In this document: piece by piece, positions 8,287 to 11,350 of the stretch | How positions within the stretch are numbered: position 1 is the stretch's first letter | Layout: every line of letters begins with the position of its first letter | Origin: an uncultured Pirellulales bacterium | GTDB lineage: Bacteria > Planctomycetota > Phycisphaerae > Sedimentisphaerales > Anaerobacaceae | Assembly: GCA_964629355.1 (NCBI GenBank) | Contig: CAZVUF010000070.1 | Coordinates: 1 to 11,350 of the forward strand | Reading direction: 5' to 3' | DNA: 11,350 nt | Position numbers and translations under genes: made by a program | Notes under the pieces: model-generated | The model's input: only the letters and a program-made list of their open reading frames with translations | What the model was told of the DNA's origin: nothing | Databases searched by the model: none

Positions 8287-8367
8287 AGGCAGATCAAAAA
8301 TTAAAATTCAAAATGAAAAATTAAGGAATTCCACAGTTTTGCATTTTGATATTTACTTTTTTTGTGG
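8287..8367 (-). promoter_or_regulatory. AT-rich intergenic region, the only gap over 45 nt; probable promoter and 5'UTR of the ABC module and/or a weak terminator of the P-type ATPase gene
   Basis: This is an 81-nt non-coding stretch with repeated A-tracts (aaaaatt aaaatt caaaatg aaaaatt on the + strand). It contains a GGAATTCC palindrome at 8325-8332 and an imperfect inverted repeat CCACA(N27)TGTGG. I cannot identify confident -35/-10 hexamers or a stem-loop plus U-tract. Confidence 0.3.
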
Positions 8368-10287
8368 TCAGTGATGCAGTTCTTCTCCGTAGCGGACAAG
8401 ACGAGCACTGTTAAAAACAACAATCAAAGTCCCGACAAAATGCAGCACTGCGGCATAGACCGCCGACAGCCAAGCCGCAGACGCTGCAGCGACGCCGAGA
8501 ATGATAAACATAATTCCAAAGAAAAGGTTCTGTGTAATGACAGCTCTGGTTTTTCTTGAAAGCCGAACGAGGAAAGGCAGCCGTTTCAAATCATTGCTCA
8601 TCAGCGCGATTGAGGCTGAATTTATAGCTACGTCACTGCCGGCTGCACCCATAGCAATACCCAGGTCGCCCGCTGCCAGAGCCGGCGCATCATTTATGCC
8701 GTCGCCGACTACAGCTACGGTGTGTCCATCGCTTTTGATTTGCTCAACTATCGCCAGCTTATCTGTGGGCAAACAATGTGCCTTTACATCCGTACAGCCT
8801 AATTCAGCTGCGACACGATTAGCAACTTCTTCACGGTCGCCGGTAAGCATAGTCAAGCGCTTTATGCCAATATCAATAAGCTCCTTAAACGCTTGTCTTG
8901 CCTCCGGGCGAGTCTTATCCTGCAGACCAATCCAGCCAATGCACTTGTTATCTTTGGCAACATAAAGTGTGCTGAAGCCCTGCTCTTCGTGAAGGCTGGG
9001 GTCCGGGACAGTAGTTATGTCCACATTATTTTCTTTTAATAAAGTGTCCCTGCCGACAATGATCTTTGCTGAATTGACCACAGCAGTTACACCTTTGCCG
9101 GGTATTTCCTTGAAGTTATTTGTAGCCGACAAGGAGAGATTCGCCTCCTTTGCCACCTCTGTAAGCGCTCTTGCGGCTGGGTGTTTACTCATCTGCTCAG
9201 CAGAAGCAGCAACTGTTAGCAATTCCGATGGCTCAATATTTTCAGCGGGAGTTAGTTTTGTTACATACAGCCGACCCGTTGTCACCGTTCCCGTTTTGTC
9301 AAAGACCAGCGCGGTCATCTTTCCGGCAATCTCCAAATCGGCAACGTTTTTTATAAGGATACCCAGTCTTGCCGAAGCTGAAATCGCTGCCACCATCGCC
9401 GTGGGAGTGGCTAAAATCAACGCGCAAGGACACGAAATAACAAGTACCGTAATAAATCTGTTGGTGTCTCTGGTGAAGAACAACACAATCACGGCAATCA
9501 TCAAGATTGTCGGCACATACCATCTTACATAACGGTCGATTATTCGCATAATCGGTATCTTTGTTTGCTCAGCCTGTATAATCAACGACTGAACTTTGCC
9601 GAGCGTTGTATCTTTACCGGCTTTGGTTACAGTGACATCCAAAACACCGGTTAAATTATTTGTTCCTGCGAAGACCGACATTCCCGGCACTTTATCAACG
9701 GGAAGCGATTCTCCTGTTATCGTAGCCTCGTTTACGGAGCTAAGTCCATTGATGACCTGTCCGTCAGCCGGTATGTTATCGCCCGGCCGAACACGGATGC
9801 AATCGCCGGGCTTCAAGCTGCTGACCTGCACTTCTTTTTCACCACCCTGCTTGTCAACAAGAGTTGCTTTTGTGGGTGTTAGCCTGATTAGCGATTCGAT
9901 GGAAGCACGAGCGCCAAGGGCAGTACGGCTTTCGATAAGCTCGCTTAAAAGCATAAAGAATGCAACAACTCCTGCGGTCACATAGTTCTGTGTAGCAAAG
10001 GCGGCAATTATCGCCAGAGCAACCAGCACATCCATGTGCGCTTCTTTCTTTATGAGACTTCTTACAGCATGTAGGACAATCGGTGCGCCGAGCAGGATCG
10101 CGGCAACCATCGACAAAAACTCGGTGTTAAAATCCGTCCGGCCGTAAATAAGCCCGGCGATGCCGCTATTTATCAGCAGCATTCCGCCGGCCAGTGTCCC
10201 CAAGAGGGCTATACTTACGCGAATCTGCTTGCTGTGCGTATGTTCAGCGGCGATATCCTCTTTGAAATGCAAATGCTCATGAGCCAT
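8368..10287 (-). CDS. Heavy-metal-translocating P1B-type ATPase (CPC motif), 639 aa; lacks an N-terminal HMA metal-binding domain and has a His-rich N-terminus
   Basis: P-type ATPase motifs are present: TGES (A domain), SCPCALILATPTAM (the TM6 CPC motif that defines P1B), DKTGTVT (phosphorylation site), SKHPAARAL (HP motif) and GDGINDAPAL. There are 8 predicted TMs, with 4 before the A domain. The N-terminal 20 residues, MAHEHLHFKEDIAAEHTHSK, contain 5 His. The TM7/TM8 region (ITQNLFFG...HFVGTLIVVFNSARL) has neither the Cu+ signature (YN...MxxSS) nor the Zn signature (K...DxG), so I cannot call the substrate. Confidence 0.88.
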   Translation of the reverse strand: MAHEHLHFKEDIAAEHTHSKQIRVSIALLGTLAGGMLLINSGIAGLIYGRTDFNTEFLSMVAAILLGAPIVLHAVRSLIKKEAHMDVLVALAIIAAFATQNYVTAGVVAFFMLLSELIESRTALGARASIESLIRLTPTKATLVDKQGGEKEVQVSSLKPGDCIRVRPGDNIPADGQVINGLSSVNEATITGESLPVDKVPGMSVFAGTNNLTGVLDVTVTKAGKDTTLGKVQSLIIQAEQTKIPIMRIIDRYVRWYVPTILMIAVIVLFFTRDTNRFITVLVISCPCALILATPTAMVAAISASARLGILIKNVADLEIAGKMTALVFDKTGTVTTGRLYVTKLTPAENIEPSELLTVAASAEQMSKHPAARALTEVAKEANLSLSATNNFKEIPGKGVTAVVNSAKIIVGRDTLLKENNVDITTVPDPSLHEEQGFSTLYVAKDNKCIGWIGLQDKTRPEARQAFKELIDIGIKRLTMLTGDREEVANRVAAELGCTDVKAHCLPTDKLAIVEQIKSDGHTVAVVGDGINDAPALAAGDLGIAMGAAGSDVAINSASIALMSNDLKRLPFLVRLSRKTRAVITQNLFFGIMFIILGVAAASAAWLSAVYAAVLHFVGTLIVVFNSARLVRYGEELHH

Positions 10288-10323
10288 AGTCTAATATCTC
10301 GTCTTAGTTTCGTACCTTGCTGT

Positions 10324-11307
10324 TTATTGTGTTTGTTCTTTTTCCTGACCGGCTTGTCGATTTATGTTTGGATCTCTGGTTATGTAAATTCTGACCTCTC
10401 TGCTCTTTGAATCTTTGGCAGGCTGAACCACATATTTATCCTCTGCATTGGTCAGGACATCCACTATAACATCCTGATAGATTTTCTGCATAACAAGCTT
10501 CGGACGTTTGCGAAACTCCGGCAATATTTTCTTCAGATATTCCGCCCTGGCCTCGGCGGATGCAGCGACCTTCGTTTGATAAGCTCGTGCCTCAGCTATT
10601 TTGTCCTGGGCTGTACCTGCTAATTGAGACCATAAAAACTCCCGCTGCTCATCACTGACGGTCTGGTCCTGCAAAGCTGCATATAACTCTTCTGCAATGG
10701 GGCCTGCAACTTCGTTAAGAGTTTGTTCGGCATAAGTTTTAGCCTCACTTATCGCTCTTTGACTTTCCTGACTTGCTTTAATAGAGTCCTGAAATGCTCC
10801 ATCAACTTGGCGGGGCCAGGTTTTATCTGTTAGCTGCACCGACACAACTTGTATGCCGCTTCCTATTGTGTCGAGTTTTTCCTGTAGCAGATTCTTAACG
10901 TGCTGAGTTATTCCAGCCATCTGCTCGAATAGAATATCATCAATTGTATAGTTGACCATAGAAGTTACGACAGCATCGGCGAACATAAATTCCAAAGGCT
11001 GAGTTATATTCTTGGATATAACATCAACATAGTTCTGTCCAGCCGGTATTTTCTCCAAGTCAACAAAAACATTTCTGAAGAAACGTTCAGGGTCATCGAT
11101 TTTGTAGGTTAGCTGCCATTTACAATGGACAATGTTGTAGTCACTGCCGGTAGAGTCCATGACTGCCTGGTCTTTTTTTTCACTCCTCGTAATGCAATAG
11201 CCGTCTCTTATGGGATTGAGTGCTTGTCGTGGGTCGATTCTTTTTTTCGGGCCTTCACCAAGTATCTCCGCTGATCTCTGAGAGTACCAAAATGAATCAA
11301 TCGGCAA
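10324..11307 (-). CDS. SPFH/Band-7 domain protein, HflK/HflC-like, 327 aa; apparently lacks the N-terminal membrane anchor
   Basis: There are several blocks matching HflK/HflC family conservation: FWYSQRSAEIL (cf. FYTVQPGERGVV), DYNIVHCKWQLTYKIDDPERFFRNV (cf. eNiVsVdatVqYRItDPakYLFnV), GIQVVSVQLTDKTWPRQVDGAFQDSI (cf. GIeVvdVnlqdidpPeeVkaAFddVi), and the C-terminal RPKLVMQKIYQDV (cf. reRLYletmeeV). The ORF opens with TTG at 11305-11307. An in-frame stop at 11344-11346 lies just upstream, with no intervening ATG and no hydrophobic segment. Confidence 0.75.
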   Translation of the reverse strand: MPIDSFWYSQRSAEILGEGPKKRIDPRQALNPIRDGYCITRSEKKDQAVMDSTGSDYNIVHCKWQLTYKIDDPERFFRNVFVDLEKIPAGQNYVDVISKNITQPLEFMFADAVVTSMVNYTIDDILFEQMAGITQHVKNLLQEKLDTIGSGIQVVSVQLTDKTWPRQVDGAFQDSIKASQESQRAISEAKTYAEQTLNEVAGPIAEELYAALQDQTVSDEQREFLWSQLAGTAQDKIAEARAYQTKVAASAEARAEYLKKILPEFRKRPKLVMQKIYQDVIVDVLTNAEDKYVVQPAKDSKSREVRIYITRDPNINRQAGQEKEQTQ

Positions 11308-11350
11308 ATTGACTTTTTTCTGTACGGGAATTTTTAGAATGTATTATATT

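Noticed and set aside
8331-8367. Inverted repeat CCACA(N27)TGTGG as a Rho-independent terminator for the P-type ATPase gene
   Set aside because: The stem is only 5 bp and AT-poor in context. The loop is 27 nt and there is no proper U-tract immediately 3' on the transcribed strand. This is not convincing.
8501-9985. Plus-strand ORFs of 129-171 aa antisense to the P-type ATPase (8501-8965, 9017-9532, 9596-9985)
   Set aside because: They are Ala/Ser/Pro-rich translations that mirror the GC-rich codon positions of the minus-strand ATPase, which has all the canonical motifs. They have no independent support.
1-11350. Searched for CRISPR repeats, tandem repeats, IS inverted repeats, integrase or transposase genes, and tRNA-like cloverleaf sequences
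   Set aside because: None were seen. The window is about 97% protein-coding on one strand, with no periodic direct repeats or terminal inverted repeats.

Overview
This is a compact, entirely minus-strand gene array with only 15 to 81 nt between genes and roughly 43% GC, from an unidentified bacterium. Reading in the direction of transcription (right to left), the genes are: an SPFH/HflK-like protein, a CPC-type P1B heavy-metal ATPase, a three-gene ABC-2 exporter module (ATPase with a long disordered tail, permease with a large periplasmic domain, and a 594-aa single-pass protein I cannot place), a PcrA/UvrD-family helicase, glucose-6-phosphate isomerase, and the 5' end of a mannose-1-phosphate guanylyltransferase running off the left edge. 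The ORF track missed that last gene. I found no rRNA, tRNA, CRISPR array, transposase or obvious repeat family. The one thing that might be undescribed is the ABC module: its third gene matches no family I know, and the ATPase tail and the placement of the permease loop are atypical. All identifications come from reading motifs by eye, with no database searches.
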